Source of the DNA: a virus
Reading direction: 5' to 3' (one strand)
DNA: 42,057 nt
UHGV virus genome: UHGV-0204900
Part shown: positions 18,292 through 28,692 of the stretch, one piece after another
How the letters are laid out: each line of letters begins with the position of its first letter
Position numbering within the stretch: position 1 is the stretch's first letter
Notes under the pieces: model-generated
What the model was told of the DNA's origin: nothing
Database searches by the model: none
What the model saw: the letters and a program-made list of their open reading frames with translations, nothing else
Program-made: the position numbers and the translations under genes

Positions 18292-19358
18292 TGCCAGTCA
18301 GTAAAATTAAGTTTCACATGTCTGGCCGTGATGTCAAAAAACATGGCCAACTAAATATTAACCCTGATCAGAAATGGACATACGGGGAATTAGCGCAAAT
18401 CGGCTTTGGTGGTTTTTCTGCGATGGACTCCGCAATTAGCGGTGGTGCAATGCAGGGGGGCTTAATTCAACGCGAAATGTTGCAACACGTTTTACCGGGT
18501 GTCATTCGTACCGCAACGCGTGTGCGTGTGTTAGATGAAATCACGGGTATTGTTAATGCGGGCGAATGGCATGATGAAGAGATCATTCTGAATGTGGCGA
18601 CACCAACTGGTAAAGCCGAGCTTTATGGTGATCATACTAATGTGCCATTAGCATCTTATGCGCAAGATCAAGAGCGCCGTGGTCTTGTTCGTTTCGAATT
18701 AGGTTTCCAAGTGGGGAAATTAGAAGAAGCGCGCCAATCGTCTGCGGGCTTTGTTGCTATGGAAGAAAAGCGCAATTCAGTGACTGAATCATTAGAGCAA
18801 GGGCGTGAGCGAGTGGGTTACTACGGATTTAATAGCCCTGAAACGCGCGTCTTTGGTTTGATGAATGAGCCTAACTTGCCTGCCTATGAAACAGCAAAGG
18901 GGAAATGGAAAGGTGGAACCTTTGCGGATATTACTGCTGATATTACCGATATGTTCTCGCGCATTGAAACGAGTTCTGGCGGTATTATCAAAGATGATAC
19001 GCCAATCACCTTAACATTACCGTTGGGCTTTCGTTCTGCTCTGAATGTGGCTAATCCGGTGGCACGCGGTGAAACAGTCAAACAATGGATAAATGAAAAC
19101 TATCCTAATATGCGTCTGGTTTTCTCTCCTGAATTTGTTGGCGCAAACGGTGGGGCTGATGTGGCCTATATGTTCGCAGATAGCATTGATGATGGTTCAA
19201 CGGCAACCAGTGCGGTGATCCTTCAAGTCGTGCCTGTGAAATACCAGTTATTAGGTTCACTCAACCAAATTAAAGGGTATATGGAAGATGCAACCAATGC
19301 GACTGCAGGTGTATTTGTGACCCGTCCGTGGGCGGTGACACGCTTAACCGGTATTTAA
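18291..19358 (+). CDS. major capsid protein (DUF2184-like)
   Basis: 355 aa. Sits after scaffold and decoration genes and is followed by a strong intrinsic terminator, as is typical for a highly expressed MCP. Confidence 0.7.
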   Translation: MPVSKIKFHMSGRDVKKHGQLNINPDQKWTYGELAQIGFGGFSAMDSAISGGAMQGGLIQREMLQHVLPGVIRTATRVRVLDEITGIVNAGEWHDEEIILNVATPTGKAELYGDHTNVPLASYAQDQERRGLVRFELGFQVGKLEEARQSSAGFVAMEEKRNSVTESLEQGRERVGYYGFNSPETRVFGLMNEPNLPAYETAKGKWKGGTFADITADITDMFSRIETSSGGIIKDDTPITLTLPLGFRSALNVANPVARGETVKQWINENYPNMRLVFSPEFVGANGGADVAYMFADSIDDGSTATSAVILQVVPVKYQLLGSLNQIKGYMEDATNATAGVFVTRPWAVTRLTGI

Positions 19359-19379
19359 TCTTACCACTTCTCTTTTTGC

Positions 19380-19401
19380 GCCCTCATTTGAGGGCTTTTT
19401 T
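19380..19401 (+). terminator. intrinsic terminator after major capsid gene
   Basis: GCCCTC A TTTG AGGGC followed by TTTTTT. Confidence 0.7.
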
Positions 19402-19427
19402 ATATCTAAACAATAGGAGAGCACTCC

Positions 19428-19769
19428 ATGCCTCTTTACGCATATTGCACCTTATCAAATGACCAGAACTATACCGTGAAAGACGGGAAAGTGTTTATTG
19501 CCGGTCAAGCGAACGTGATGACAAAGCACATGTACACACCACGTGGTCGTGTGACGGAAATTTCTGACGAGCAATACAAACAGCTCAAAGAAAATCACGT
19601 TTTCAATCTTCATTGTGACAATGGGTATATTACCGTTGAAGAACGCAAAGAAGATCCCGAAAAAGTTGCTACCAATATGGAAGCGAGCGACCAATCAGCT
19701 CCTGACACACCAGAATCGTTAGAAGCTGAAAAGTTAGACGTTCCTAAAACCAACAAAAAAGGTAAGTGA
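19428..19769 (+). CDS. hypothetical structural-region protein
   Basis: 113 aa with a GGAGA RBS. Function unknown. Confidence 0.5.
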   Translation: MPLYAYCTLSNDQNYTVKDGKVFIAGQANVMTKHMYTPRGRVTEISDEQYKQLKENHVFNLHCDNGYITVEERKEDPEKVATNMEASDQSAPDTPESLEAEKLDVPKTNKKGK

Positions 19770-20203
19770 TCATGGAGACGAGCACATTTCCTTTAACGTC
19801 ATTCCGTGTGCTCTATCCGCAGTTTAACGGTGTGGGTGATGATGAAATAGATATCATTGCTCAATCTGCGTTGAACTATTTCTCTGCCTGTAAGGGTGTT
19901 TGCACTAACGAGCTGTGGATGCTCGTTGTTGCACACATGCTAACACTCAGAAAAATGATTGCTGATGATGAGTCGCCTACCGGTGTGGTGACGAGTGTGA
20001 CTATCGATAAAGTGAGCGTGTCATTTACGGCACCGCCTGCCGGTTCGGATTGGTCGCACTGGTTTAAAATGACCACCTTTGGCCAGCAGTTTCTTGCACT
20101 GATCAAACGTTGTAGCGTCCCTCAATATTTGGGTGGTGGTGGCGAACGTTCAGCATTTCGGGGTGTAGGTGGGCGATTTACGCGAGGAGGGCGATTACGT
20201 TAA
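19766..20203 (+). CDS. head-tail connector/adaptor (DUF4054-like)
   Basis: 145 aa. Position and size fit a head completion protein. C-terminal Gly/Arg-rich tail GGGGERSAFRGVGGRFTRGGRLR. Confidence 0.45.
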   Translation: MIMETSTFPLTSFRVLYPQFNGVGDDEIDIIAQSALNYFSACKGVCTNELWMLVVAHMLTLRKMIADDESPTGVVTSVTIDKVSVSFTAPPAGSDWSHWFKMTTFGQQFLALIKRCSVPQYLGGGGERSAFRGVGGRFTRGGRLR

Positions 20204-20661
20204 TGACTAAATTAGCGCAATTAAAAGCGGTTTACGATGAATTGGCTAAAAAGCGATTAAGTGTTGGTTTTTTTGAACACGCAAAATATCCCGATGGAAC
20301 ACCTATTGCTTATGTTGCCTCTATTCAAGAGTTGGGCTATCCGGCTGGTGGCATTCCTCCTCGCCCATTTTTACGTCCGACCATGAATGACAAAAAGCAG
20401 GATTATAGTCAGTTAATTTTTCGTGCTGTGAAAGCCTCTATTAAGGGAAACATCACGCTGGATAATGGGCTGACACAAATCGGTGCGACGGTTGCGGGCG
20501 ATGTGAAAATGGCAATAAAAGCAGTCACAACACCGGCACTGGATGATTCAACGGTCAAAGCAAGAGCTCGTCGACATAGCAAAGGCAAAGCCACCGATAA
20601 GCCGTTAGTCGATACCGGGCAGATGCTACAAGCTGTGTCATTTATCGTGGAGGATAAATAA
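20203..20661 (+). CDS. neck / head-tail joining protein
   Basis: 152 aa, translationally coupled within the neck gene block. Confidence 0.45.
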   Translation: MTKLAQLKAVYDELAKKRLSVGFFEHAKYPDGTPIAYVASIQELGYPAGGIPPRPFLRPTMNDKKQDYSQLIFRAVKASIKGNITLDNGLTQIGATVAGDVKMAIKAVTTPALDDSTVKARARRHSKGKATDKPLVDTGQMLQAVSFIVEDK

Positions 20662-21032
20662 TGTTTGGTAATTTAAACCGTATCGCTTCACGTTATATTC
20701 CCCAGCAAAAGGTGCTCTGGTTTCGATTTAAAGAACGGGCACCCGATGAACGAGGAAATGACCAAAATTACTATTACGATCCCGTAGAAGTTCGTGGTAG
20801 TTGGCAAGCGGTCGATACCCAAGATGTTCAATCAATGGGATTAGATACGAGCCAAGTGTACCGACGTCTATATACCTCTCATGATATTAAAGCCGTTCAA
20901 CGTGGTACATCTCCTGATTTTCTGGTGTTCAATGGTCGTAAATATGACGTGGTGGGTGATGCAGACTGGTACGAACAAGATGGCTGGAAATCGGTGATCT
21001 GTATCGAGGCGGGTACTTATGACGGATTATGA
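20661..21032 (+). CDS. neck / tail completion protein
   Basis: 123 aa, coupled ORF. Confidence 0.45.
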   Translation: MFGNLNRIASRYIPQQKVLWFRFKERAPDERGNDQNYYYDPVEVRGSWQAVDTQDVQSMGLDTSQVYRRLYTSHDIKAVQRGTSPDFLVFNGRKYDVVGDADWYEQDGWKSVICIEAGTYDGL

Positions 21033-21534
21033 GGTTGATGTTGCTATTCGCAAACAACTCTTGTTGCAGTTAAAAGCAGTCGATATTGAGATCCCTGTTA
21101 AAGCCGGTTTCCAATCTACAAAGCAAGGCCGTGAAGATAACATGGTGATGTTTTTCCCCATCAATGAAAACGGTCACGGTTGGCAGAGTCGAAAATATAA
21201 TGTTCAAGGCAATAAAGCCAATCACCAAGAAAACCAGTTATCCGAAAATACGTACCAAGTTCAAGTGTTCGTGACGCAATTAGGCAATTATACAGCTAAG
21301 GATATTACCGCGATTGTCAGAATGATTGCCAATTCATTGCCCTTTGTTGAAGCTCTCCGCAAACAAGGCATTGGCGTTCAGCGGGCAAGCGGTATTCGAA
21401 CACCTTATTTTCTGAATGACCAGGGCAACTACGAACAAAACCCCTCATTTGACTTCAATGTGACATTTAATCGCACACTTCATCCTGATACAGACGCCGT
21501 GAGTGCGTTGTATCCCGATATCTATCGTATTTAA
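21019..21534 (+). CDS. neck / tail terminator-like protein
   Basis: 171 aa ORF immediately preceding the sheath gene. Confidence 0.45.
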   Translation: MTDYEVDVAIRKQLLLQLKAVDIEIPVKAGFQSTKQGREDNMVMFFPINENGHGWQSRKYNVQGNKANHQENQLSENTYQVQVFVTQLGNYTAKDITAIVRMIANSLPFVEALRKQGIGVQRASGIRTPYFLNDQGNYEQNPSFDFNVTFNRTLHPDTDAVSALYPDIYRI

Positions 21535-21542
21535 GGAACGTT

Positions 21543-23030
21543 ATGTCTATCAAACAAACTCGCTATGTCGATATCGCGAGTGCGGTGATTGGCGCGTCTG
21601 CTGTACCGATGCGCAAGCTCACGGCTCGTATTTTTTCAACTAACCCTAAAATCCCTGCAGGTAAAGTTTTAGAGTTCGCCAGCGGACAAGTTGATGAGTT
21701 GCTAGGCGCTGATTCTCCAGAAGCGCATTTTGCGCGTCAGTATTTCAGCTATGTCAGTCCAGCACCAGCAAGTAAGCCGAAAGAACTGCAAATTGCTTCT
21801 TATGAGCCGGTTGGTCGAGCGCCTACCTTGTTTGGCGAAAAGACAGGAGATTTAGCCGATTTAAAATTAATTAATGACGGTGAACTTAATATCACTATTG
21901 GCAAAGTGACAAAAACAATCACAGGAATTGATCTTACGGAAAGTACGTCATACGCGGACGTTGCAACAGCTGTGCAAGCGAAATTAAACGCAGAAAGTGA
22001 GCCTCAATTTGCTAGCGCCTATGTCACGTTTAATTCACTGGATAGTGCCTTTGTCATTAGCGGTGGCGTACAAGAGCGTGCGGATATTAGTGTGCGTTCA
22101 TCTGTGCTTGCTGATGCGATGAATATTAGCCACGGCACATCATCAGCCGGTAATCCAGCGCAGACCCCGTTACAAGCCTTTATTGCTTCTGAGGCTATTT
22201 CTGACTCTTTTGGTAGTGCAACGTTTTTAACGGAACTTTCATTAGAGCATGCCGTAGAGTTGGCGCAGTACGTGGCAGGTGAAAATGTGAAGTATCAACT
22301 TCATTTATCTGTGACTAACAAAAATGCTGAAGATTTTAGTGGGGCATTAGTGGGAACGGCTTCAACAGCCTTAAACCTGAAAACAGCGGATAACTTCTTT
22401 GTTCAAGCATTGCCTATGGCCATTATGTCAGCCACTGATTATGACCGGACCAATGCAACAACAAACTATATGTATCGTCAATTTGGTGTCACATTTCCTT
22501 CTCAAATTACGACCGATATTGACGCTGATCGCTTAGATAAACTACGGGTGAACTATTACGGAGAAACGGCGGTATCAGGTTCGCATATCAGTTTTTATCA
22601 ACGTGGTTTCTTATGTGGTGGTGTTGCTAACCCATTAGATATGAGTGTCCATGCCAACGAGCAATGGCTAAAAGCCTATATTGCGCAACAGTGGTTCAGT
22701 TTACTTATGGCCACACGTGGAGTACCTGCCAATAAAGACGGTGAAGCACGTGCAATGATGGTGATTGCAGGGGCGGTAACCAAGGCGATTAATAACGGCA
22801 CTATTTTGGCAGGAAAAACCTTAACCGATGTACAAAAAATCGCAGTGACAGACGCTTCAGGTGATGACCTAGCATGGCACGATATACAAAACAAAGGTTA
22901 TTGGTACAACGCTCAAATTGTCGAAAACACAGGCCCCTCTGATTTACCCGAGTACGTGATGAAATACGTATTAATTTACGGTAAGGGCGACTGGGTTCGT
23001 AAAGTCGAAGGCTCTCACAACTTAGTGTAA
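21543..23030 (+). CDS. tail sheath protein (DUF3383-like)
   Basis: 495 aa. Followed by a tube gene, a chaperone with frameshift, a tape measure and P2/Mu-type baseplate genes. Confidence 0.65.
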   Translation: MSIKQTRYVDIASAVIGASAVPMRKLTARIFSTNPKIPAGKVLEFASGQVDELLGADSPEAHFARQYFSYVSPAPASKPKELQIASYEPVGRAPTLFGEKTGDLADLKLINDGELNITIGKVTKTITGIDLTESTSYADVATAVQAKLNAESEPQFASAYVTFNSLDSAFVISGGVQERADISVRSSVLADAMNISHGTSSAGNPAQTPLQAFIASEAISDSFGSATFLTELSLEHAVELAQYVAGENVKYQLHLSVTNKNAEDFSGALVGTASTALNLKTADNFFVQALPMAIMSATDYDRTNATTNYMYRQFGVTFPSQITTDIDADRLDKLRVNYYGETAVSGSHISFYQRGFLCGGVANPLDMSVHANEQWLKAYIAQQWFSLLMATRGVPANKDGEARAMMVIAGAVTKAINNGTILAGKTLTDVQKIAVTDASGDDLAWHDIQNKGYWYNAQIVENTGPSDLPEYVMKYVLIYGKGDWVRKVEGSHNLV

Positions 23031-23040
23031 GGAACACAAT

Positions 23041-23493
23041 ATGCATGATGTATCAGCAACTGGCTTGAGTATTGTTATTCAAGCGCATAAAACTTTTCCC
23101 GCCGGTATTCAAATTACCGCCTTCGCAGATGATGCCGATCCGTTAGATTTGCCTGCGGTCGATATTGCACAAACAGGAATGGATATCAACGGCAATCTTG
23201 TCAGTTGGTCAACGCCAACACCTCAAACGGTCACCATTAACGTCTTAGCGGGCAGTGAAGAAGACGAAAACCTCGCTATCTTACTGGAATCGAACACCGC
23301 ACGACGTGGACAACGGCATGCAGGGGATATTATCACTATGGTCGCTTCGTATGGTGATGGCTCAACAACCACGGCACGCAACGGCAAAATCACCAATGGT
23401 AGTCGCGGTAGCTCTGTTGCCAGTGCAGGACGACACAAATCCAAAGCGTATACCTTCGTATTTCAAGACTTCGATCGCACTCGCGCACGTTAA
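23041..23493 (+). CDS. tail tube protein (DUF3277-like)
   Basis: 150 aa, located between the sheath gene and the chaperone. Followed by a terminator. Confidence 0.6.
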   Translation: MHDVSATGLSIVIQAHKTFPAGIQITAFADDADPLDLPAVDIAQTGMDINGNLVSWSTPTPQTVTINVLAGSEEDENLAILLESNTARRGQRHAGDIITMVASYGDGSTTTARNGKITNGSRGSSVASAGRHKSKAYTFVFQDFDRTRAR

Positions 23494-23497
23494 TTCT

Positions 23498-23520
23498 AGG
23501 CGGTTATTCCGCCTTTTTTT
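23498..23520 (+). terminator. intrinsic terminator after tube gene
   Basis: AGGCGG TTATTC CCGCCT followed by TTTTTTT. Confidence 0.7.
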
Positions 23521-23533
23521 ATGGATATTAATC

Positions 23534-23992
23534 ATGTTAATTAAACCGAAAGAAATTACGATCACCGATGCTGATCGTAAAGAGCACACCTTTATCATTA
23601 GCCGATTACCAGCAACGATTGGACGTGAAATTCTGGCGAAATACCCTTTATCGAATGCGCCTAAAATTGGCGACTATGAAGTCAGCAAAGAAGCCATGTT
23701 AAAGATGATGGCGTATGTTGCAGTCGAAAAAGAAGGACAAGAGATTTATCTGAAGACAAGCACCTTAATTGATAACCATGTGCCTGATGGTGAAGCCCTT
23801 ATTCGTCTAGAACTGGAAATGTTGAAGTATAACACCAGTTTTTTCGGCAAAGACGGGAGCCAAGGTTTCCTCCAATTCCTGCTCAACAAAATCACCGGTT
23901 TACTCCCGTCGATTATAAAAACGCTGATGGCTTCTTTGCAGTCATCATCTCAGCCGGTTTCGCCACGCTCACCGAACTCAAAACGTCAATAG
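23534..23992 (+). CDS. tail assembly chaperone (G-like)
   Basis: 152 aa, directly upstream of the tape measure gene. Contains a canonical slippery heptamer. The ORF track extends an artefactual start back to 23255. Confidence 0.6.
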   Translation: MLIKPKEITITDADRKEHTFIISRLPATIGREILAKYPLSNAPKIGDYEVSKEAMLKMMAYVAVEKEGQEIYLKTSTLIDNHVPDGEALIRLELEMLKYNTSFFGKDGSQGFLQFLLNKITGLLPSIIKTLMASLQSSSQPVSPRSPNSKRQ

Positions 23993-24072
23993 ATTTAGAA
24001 GAGGCGTTTGATTTGTGGGAGATCGCAATTACTAACCGTTATAACGAAGCGCTGGCTTCATCGAAAGGATAA
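23534..24072 (+). CDS. tail assembly chaperone -1 frameshift product (G-T-like)
   Basis: Heptamer T_TTT_TTC at 23839-23845 lies in the zero frame (agt ttt ttc). The -1 frame is open from about 23830 to TAA at 24070-24072, ending 6 nt before the TMP start. Confidence 0.45.
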
Positions 24073-24077
24073 CTCAT

Positions 24078-26372
24078 ATGGCCTTGCTAGATACCTTTGT
24101 TCAAGTATTCGAATTTGATACCAGCCAAGCCGATGATGCGTTTAATCGGGTGAGTAAATCGACCGATGACATTATTGCTGAGATGAAAAAGGCGCAACAA
24201 TCCGCAACTATCGGTGCGGATGGATTTACACAATTTATTCAAAATCTATCCGCACAATTGACAGAGTTATCGTCAAACTCAGTCGATATTCATGTTAATA
24301 GTGATACTTCTGGAGTTGCTGACAGTCTGATTGCGGAGATAGAACGCATTAAAGAAAGTGCGACGGACAACTCGCAATCAGTGAGTGATTTTATTCAAAG
24401 CGTGATTGCCAGCATTGAACAGTTATCAGCAGGGGAAGCGATAAATATTGAGGTTAAGGCGGGTGATACACAAGAAAAAATAGCCTCAGTCACCGCTAAA
24501 ATTGATGAACTAAAGTCATCAATGAACTTGCTTGATATCCAACGTAACGAACTGTCACAAGGCATTAATGAAAGTAGTGTTTCATCTGAAACGCTCAATG
24601 CCCAATATCAACAGATGCAAGATGAGTTATCCCTTCTCAATAATGAATTGGTGTCGCTCACTGATGCAGAGAAAAAGAATCGTGAAGGTAAAGAGGTTAT
24701 TGATGCCATTGTTACCGCATTAAATGCCGATTATACGCAATTTATTGAAACGATGCGGACAAAAGGCATAAAGACAGCAATTGACGAAGCTAAAGCCCAA
24801 GAACACCTACAAAAAGAACTTTCAGAAACTGGCTCTAAATATCAAGAAGCCGGAAGTTCTGTTGCAGGATTTGCGACAAAAGCACTTGGCGCTGTCGGTA
24901 TTGTGATGAGTATTGGCAGTATTTTTGCCGAATCCGTTTCTCGTTCTCAAGAGATTGAAACGCTGGACAAGCTGGGTAAACAAATCGGCGTTGCGACTGC
25001 AGACGTTGATGCGTTTTCTGGTGCAATAGCTGAATTAGGCGGTTCTAGAGAATCCGCACAGGCTGATTTATCCGCGATGGCCAATGCGTTTGGTAACACT
25101 AAAGACTCAATGGAAAAAGTACTTCAGACAGCGGACAAAGTTCAAGGCATGAGCTTTGATAAAGCGAAGAAAACACTGGAGGGCATGGGGGTCTCGGACG
25201 AAAAAACCATTGAGTTAATGATGAAAGGGCGCAAGGAATTAGAGCGCACAATGGGTATTCAAAAAGAGTATTCAGGCATTAGTAAAGAGAGTATTGAAAG
25301 TTCGATTAAATTTAATAGTGCTATGGCGAAATTTCAACAGTCATCAGGATTGTTGAAGAATAGCTTTTTAGAAATGGTGATCCCCGCTTTATCTAAAGGA
25401 TTAGAGTGGTTAACAAAATTAGTCACTTTTTGTAAGGAAAACAAAAACATTGTAGTGGGATTTTTTACTGCTGTTGCAACTATATTGATGGGGAAATATA
25501 TCCATGCAATGAAGTTGGCCAGTATTAGTACATGGACAACACTTTTCCCTATTATTGCCATCATCGCGGTTATTGCACTATTAGCTACCGCATTTGCGAT
25601 TGTTTATGACGATATCATGAACTTTATCGACGGCAACGATTCGATGATTGGGCGTATTCTAGAAAAATATCCCCAGTTGAAAATTATCATTCTTGCATTA
25701 TGGGAAACATTCAAAAAGCTCTTTGAATATCTAAAGGTTATTGTTGGTGTTGTCGCGGATATTGTTGTTGCTGGTTGGGAGTTAATGGCAACAGGTTTAA
25801 AAGCTTATGTTAAGTTTCTCATCAATTGTATTTCAGTGATTGCAGGATGGGGTAAGTCCTTTGCGGGTGTTTTTACTACGGTAACGGATGCCGTTGTGGG
25901 CGCGTTTGAATGGATGTGGGAGCAAGTAGAAAAAATCATTGGTTGGGTAAATACAGGACTTAATGCGGTTAAAAATGGCTGGAAGTCAGCCAAAGAGTTT
26001 TTTGGGTTCGGTGATGATGAAGAAATCACTGTTAATCAAAATGTAGAGCGTAAAGTCAATGATAATGGTGAGATTGAATATGCCATTCCTCAAGAAGAAA
26101 GCCAAATGGTACAACAGCCACCTGTTAGACAATCTATTGCTCAAGCCAATGCACAATTAGATGCGATTGCCAATAATGCGATGAACCCTATCACCAGCCA
26201 AGCCATCAGTAATCAATCCAATGTGAAAAATGAAAGTAACGTAAGTATTGGAGAAATTAAGGTTGAAACTCAAGCCACGGATGCGCAGGGTATGGCATCG
26301 GGCGTAAAGGATGCATTGCAAGATCAACTAGCCGATTTTAATCAGCAAAATGCAACGGGAGTAGCAAAATGA
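24078..26372 (+). CDS. tail tape measure protein
   Basis: 764 aa. Long coiled-coil N-terminal half, hydrophobic TM segments in the middle, and position after the chaperone/frameshift. Confidence 0.85.
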   Translation: MALLDTFVQVFEFDTSQADDAFNRVSKSTDDIIAEMKKAQQSATIGADGFTQFIQNLSAQLTELSSNSVDIHVNSDTSGVADSLIAEIERIKESATDNSQSVSDFIQSVIASIEQLSAGEAINIEVKAGDTQEKIASVTAKIDELKSSMNLLDIQRNELSQGINESSVSSETLNAQYQQMQDELSLLNNELVSLTDAEKKNREGKEVIDAIVTALNADYTQFIETMRTKGIKTAIDEAKAQEHLQKELSETGSKYQEAGSSVAGFATKALGAVGIVMSIGSIFAESVSRSQEIETLDKLGKQIGVATADVDAFSGAIAELGGSRESAQADLSAMANAFGNTKDSMEKVLQTADKVQGMSFDKAKKTLEGMGVSDEKTIELMMKGRKELERTMGIQKEYSGISKESIESSIKFNSAMAKFQQSSGLLKNSFLEMVIPALSKGLEWLTKLVTFCKENKNIVVGFFTAVATILMGKYIHAMKLASISTWTTLFPIIAIIAVIALLATAFAIVYDDIMNFIDGNDSMIGRILEKYPQLKIIILALWETFKKLFEYLKVIVGVVADIVVAGWELMATGLKAYVKFLINCISVIAGWGKSFAGVFTTVTDAVVGAFEWMWEQVEKIIGWVNTGLNAVKNGWKSAKEFFGFGDDEEITVNQNVERKVNDNGEIEYAIPQEESQMVQQPPVRQSIAQANAQLDAIANNAMNPITSQAISNQSNVKNESNVSIGEIKVETQATDAQGMASGVKDALQDQLADFNQQNATGVAK

Positions 26373-26899
26373 TCACAGAGGTCAAAATATTTGATTTAGA
26401 GTCGTTTTCTACACTGTTTGATAGTGTGAGTCCTATTCAAGTCAACATTAGAGATGAGCATAAAGCGATACAATTTCAAGTTGAAAGTGGTGAAACACGT
26501 AGTGATCATGTGATTATCAACCCCATTGAAATTGGCATGGATTTAGTACTAACAGGGGAAATAAAAAACAGTTTCTCATCGATACAACAAGTTTTTGATG
26601 AACACAAACTGGTCGGTATTCAAACCCGAGTAAAAACCTATCAGCCTATGTTATTGACGGGTTTTAATCATGATGAAATACCCGACATGATGGATGCGAT
26701 AAAACTGTCGCTACGGTTTGTTGAGTGGCGAACTGTTGAACCCGAATACGGAGATTTACCGCCTCGATCTACACAGAAGCCAACGCAGACATCAACCGTA
26801 AATCGGGGGAATGTGCAAACTAAAGATGCAGATACTGAGACTAAGAAAAAAGGTTCTGTTGCAACACGTATCGCAGATGGTGATTGGAGTTTCTTCTAA
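26369..26899 (+). CDS. tail/baseplate protein, function unknown
   Basis: 176 aa, coupled to the TMP gene. Confidence 0.45.
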   Translation: MITEVKIFDLESFSTLFDSVSPIQVNIRDEHKAIQFQVESGETRSDHVIINPIEIGMDLVLTGEIKNSFSSIQQVFDEHKLVGIQTRVKTYQPMLLTGFNHDEIPDMMDAIKLSLRFVEWRTVEPEYGDLPPRSTQKPTQTSTVNRGNVQTKDADTETKKKGSVATRIADGDWSFF

Positions 26900-27216
26900 T
26901 GAAAGTCATACCCTTAAAAACCATTCCTAATCAACGCTTGTCTGTCAATTGGGAAGGTGTTAATTGGACACTAACAATAAAAGCCGGTCGCCATGCGATG
27001 TATCTTGATATTGAACGTGAAAGTGAGGTTATCGCCGTAGGTATGCGTGCGGTGGCAAACACACCTATTATTCCTTCTCGCTATCTGACTGATGGCACGA
27101 ATTTAGCATTTATAACAGAAAATGATGATCTGCCCTGGTATGAATCATTTGATAGAACTCAATCATTAATTATTTGGAGTGATGATGGACTTACGACGAA
27201 TACGGGTGGGGATTGA
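26899..27216 (+). CDS. tail/baseplate protein, function unknown
   Basis: About 105 aa. Start ATG overlaps the upstream TAA (TAATG). Confidence 0.45.
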   Translation: MKVIPLKTIPNQRLSVNWEGVNWTLTIKAGRHAMYLDIERESEVIAVGMRAVANTPIIPSRYLTDGTNLAFITENDDLPWYESFDRTQSLIIWSDDGLTTNTGGD

Positions 27217-27997
27217 AGTTGCAGAACGACTGCAGTGGTATGAAGGATTGCGAATTAAAGCTAACGGCACCAAGTACGCAAACCCCTTACAAAATGAATG
27301 CACAGTTAGCATTGATGGATTAAACGCCCACACTCGAGATTATCTTCTCACTGAAACCAGCCCTTATCATAAAAGCAAACAAACTCGCCGTCTTTACCTT
27401 GAAGTAGGGCGCGTCAATACGGGATTATTTCGTATCTTTACCGGGGATATTGTCAGTGCAGAAATTGCCTCGCCTCCTGATGTGACACTAACCATTAAAG
27501 CTAAAACTAATAACGCCAGCTCAGGTGATATTGTTTCTTCTAGTGGTGGCGCCATGCAGAAAATGAGCGAGATCGCTTCATCGGTGGCGAAGGATTGCAA
27601 GGTTAGATTGGACTTTCAAGCCACCGATAAGAATATTGCCAATTGGTATTTTTGCGGTTCAGCGTTACAGCAAGTACAACGACTGCAGGAAGCGGGAAAC
27701 GTTAAAGCCTTTATTGATGATGATACGTTGTTTGTCAAAGATGATAACCAAGCCTTAAAAGGTCGTCTGCGCATTCTTAGCATGAAATCAGGCATGGTGG
27801 GTATACCCAAAGCCACCGAAAAAGGGTTGTCCGTTACCTACTTAATTGATGGCGCCTCAGAACTAGGAGGGATGCTAAGACTCGAGAGTAAATTTAATTC
27901 CGCACTTAATGGTGACTATATTATTGAACAACTGAAATTCGATGTTGCTTCACATGATGATCCTTTCTTTTATCAGGCCACCTGTAAACGAGCATAA
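27179..27997 (+). CDS. baseplate hub-like protein
   Basis: 272 aa ORF immediately preceding the spike gene. Confidence 0.45.
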   Translation: MMMDLRRIRVGIEVAERLQWYEGLRIKANGTKYANPLQNECTVSIDGLNAHTRDYLLTETSPYHKSKQTRRLYLEVGRVNTGLFRIFTGDIVSAEIASPPDVTLTIKAKTNNASSGDIVSSSGGAMQKMSEIASSVAKDCKVRLDFQATDKNIANWYFCGSALQQVQRLQEAGNVKAFIDDDTLFVKDDNQALKGRLRILSMKSGMVGIPKATEKGLSVTYLIDGASELGGMLRLESKFNSALNGDYIIEQLKFDVASHDDPFFYQATCKRA

Positions 27998-27999
27998 CC

Positions 28000-28692
28000 A
28001 TGAATAAACCCAATACTGATATTGCCAGTGATGGTTCGCTGGCAGGTGCGCTATCGTCTGCATTTCGTAACCTGATGATGAATACAGAGGACATGCTCCC
28101 TGCAACAGTAGTCAGTTATGACGATAAAACCAATCGTGCTGTTATCAAACCACTGGTGATGATGGTAACAACGGAAGGGGGAACAGTCGGGCGAGCACCA
28201 TTGGCCAACATTCCCGTTTTTAGATTTGGCGGAGGCGGTTTCTTTATTCGCACACCCATTAAGCCGGGTGACTTCGGTTGGATAAAAGCCAATGACAGAG
28301 ACATTAGCCTGATTTTTCAGCGTGGGGGATTGGAGGATCAACCTAATACCGCACGCCTCCATTCATTCAGTGATGCAATGTTTTTCCCTGACACGATTAA
28401 AGGTTGGGCGATTGATGGAAAAAACATTGATGCCTTGGTGATCCAATCAATGGATGGCTCTGTGTGTTTATCCCTGCATGAGGGTAAAGCGGTTTTAGAT
28501 TCGCCCGTTCTTGAAGTTAACGTGCCTGAAACCACATTTAATGGCAATGTCACGGTGAATGGCAATCAGTCCGTAAATGGTAATAGTGACTCTAGTGGTG
28601 GCACGATGAAACACAATGGAAAAGATATCGGTTCTACTCATCAACATAGTGGTGTTGAGACCGGTCATGGAAATTCAGGAGCGCCTCTATGA
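28000..28692 (+). CDS. baseplate spike protein (P2 gpV / Mu gp45 family)
   Basis: OB-fold-like N-terminal region and a C-terminal apex motif THQHSGVETGHGNSGAP (His-x-His metal-binding tip). Confidence 0.65.
   Translation: MNKPNTDIASDGSLAGALSSAFRNLMMNTEDMLPATVVSYDDKTNRAVIKPLVMMVTTEGGTVGRAPLANIPVFRFGGGGFFIRTPIKPGDFGWIKANDRDISLIFQRGGLEDQPNTARLHSFSDAMFFPDTIKGWAIDGKNIDALVIQSMDGSVCLSLHEGKAVLDSPVLEVNVPETTFNGNVTVNGNQSVNGNSDSSGGTMKHNGKDIGSTHQHSGVETGHGNSGAPL

Noticed and set aside
23255-23533. Long 5' extension of the tail-chaperone ORF in the track (start 23255)
   Set aside because: It overlaps the whole 3' end of the tube gene and crosses an intrinsic terminator at 23498-23520. ATG 23534 after the terminator is the sensible start.
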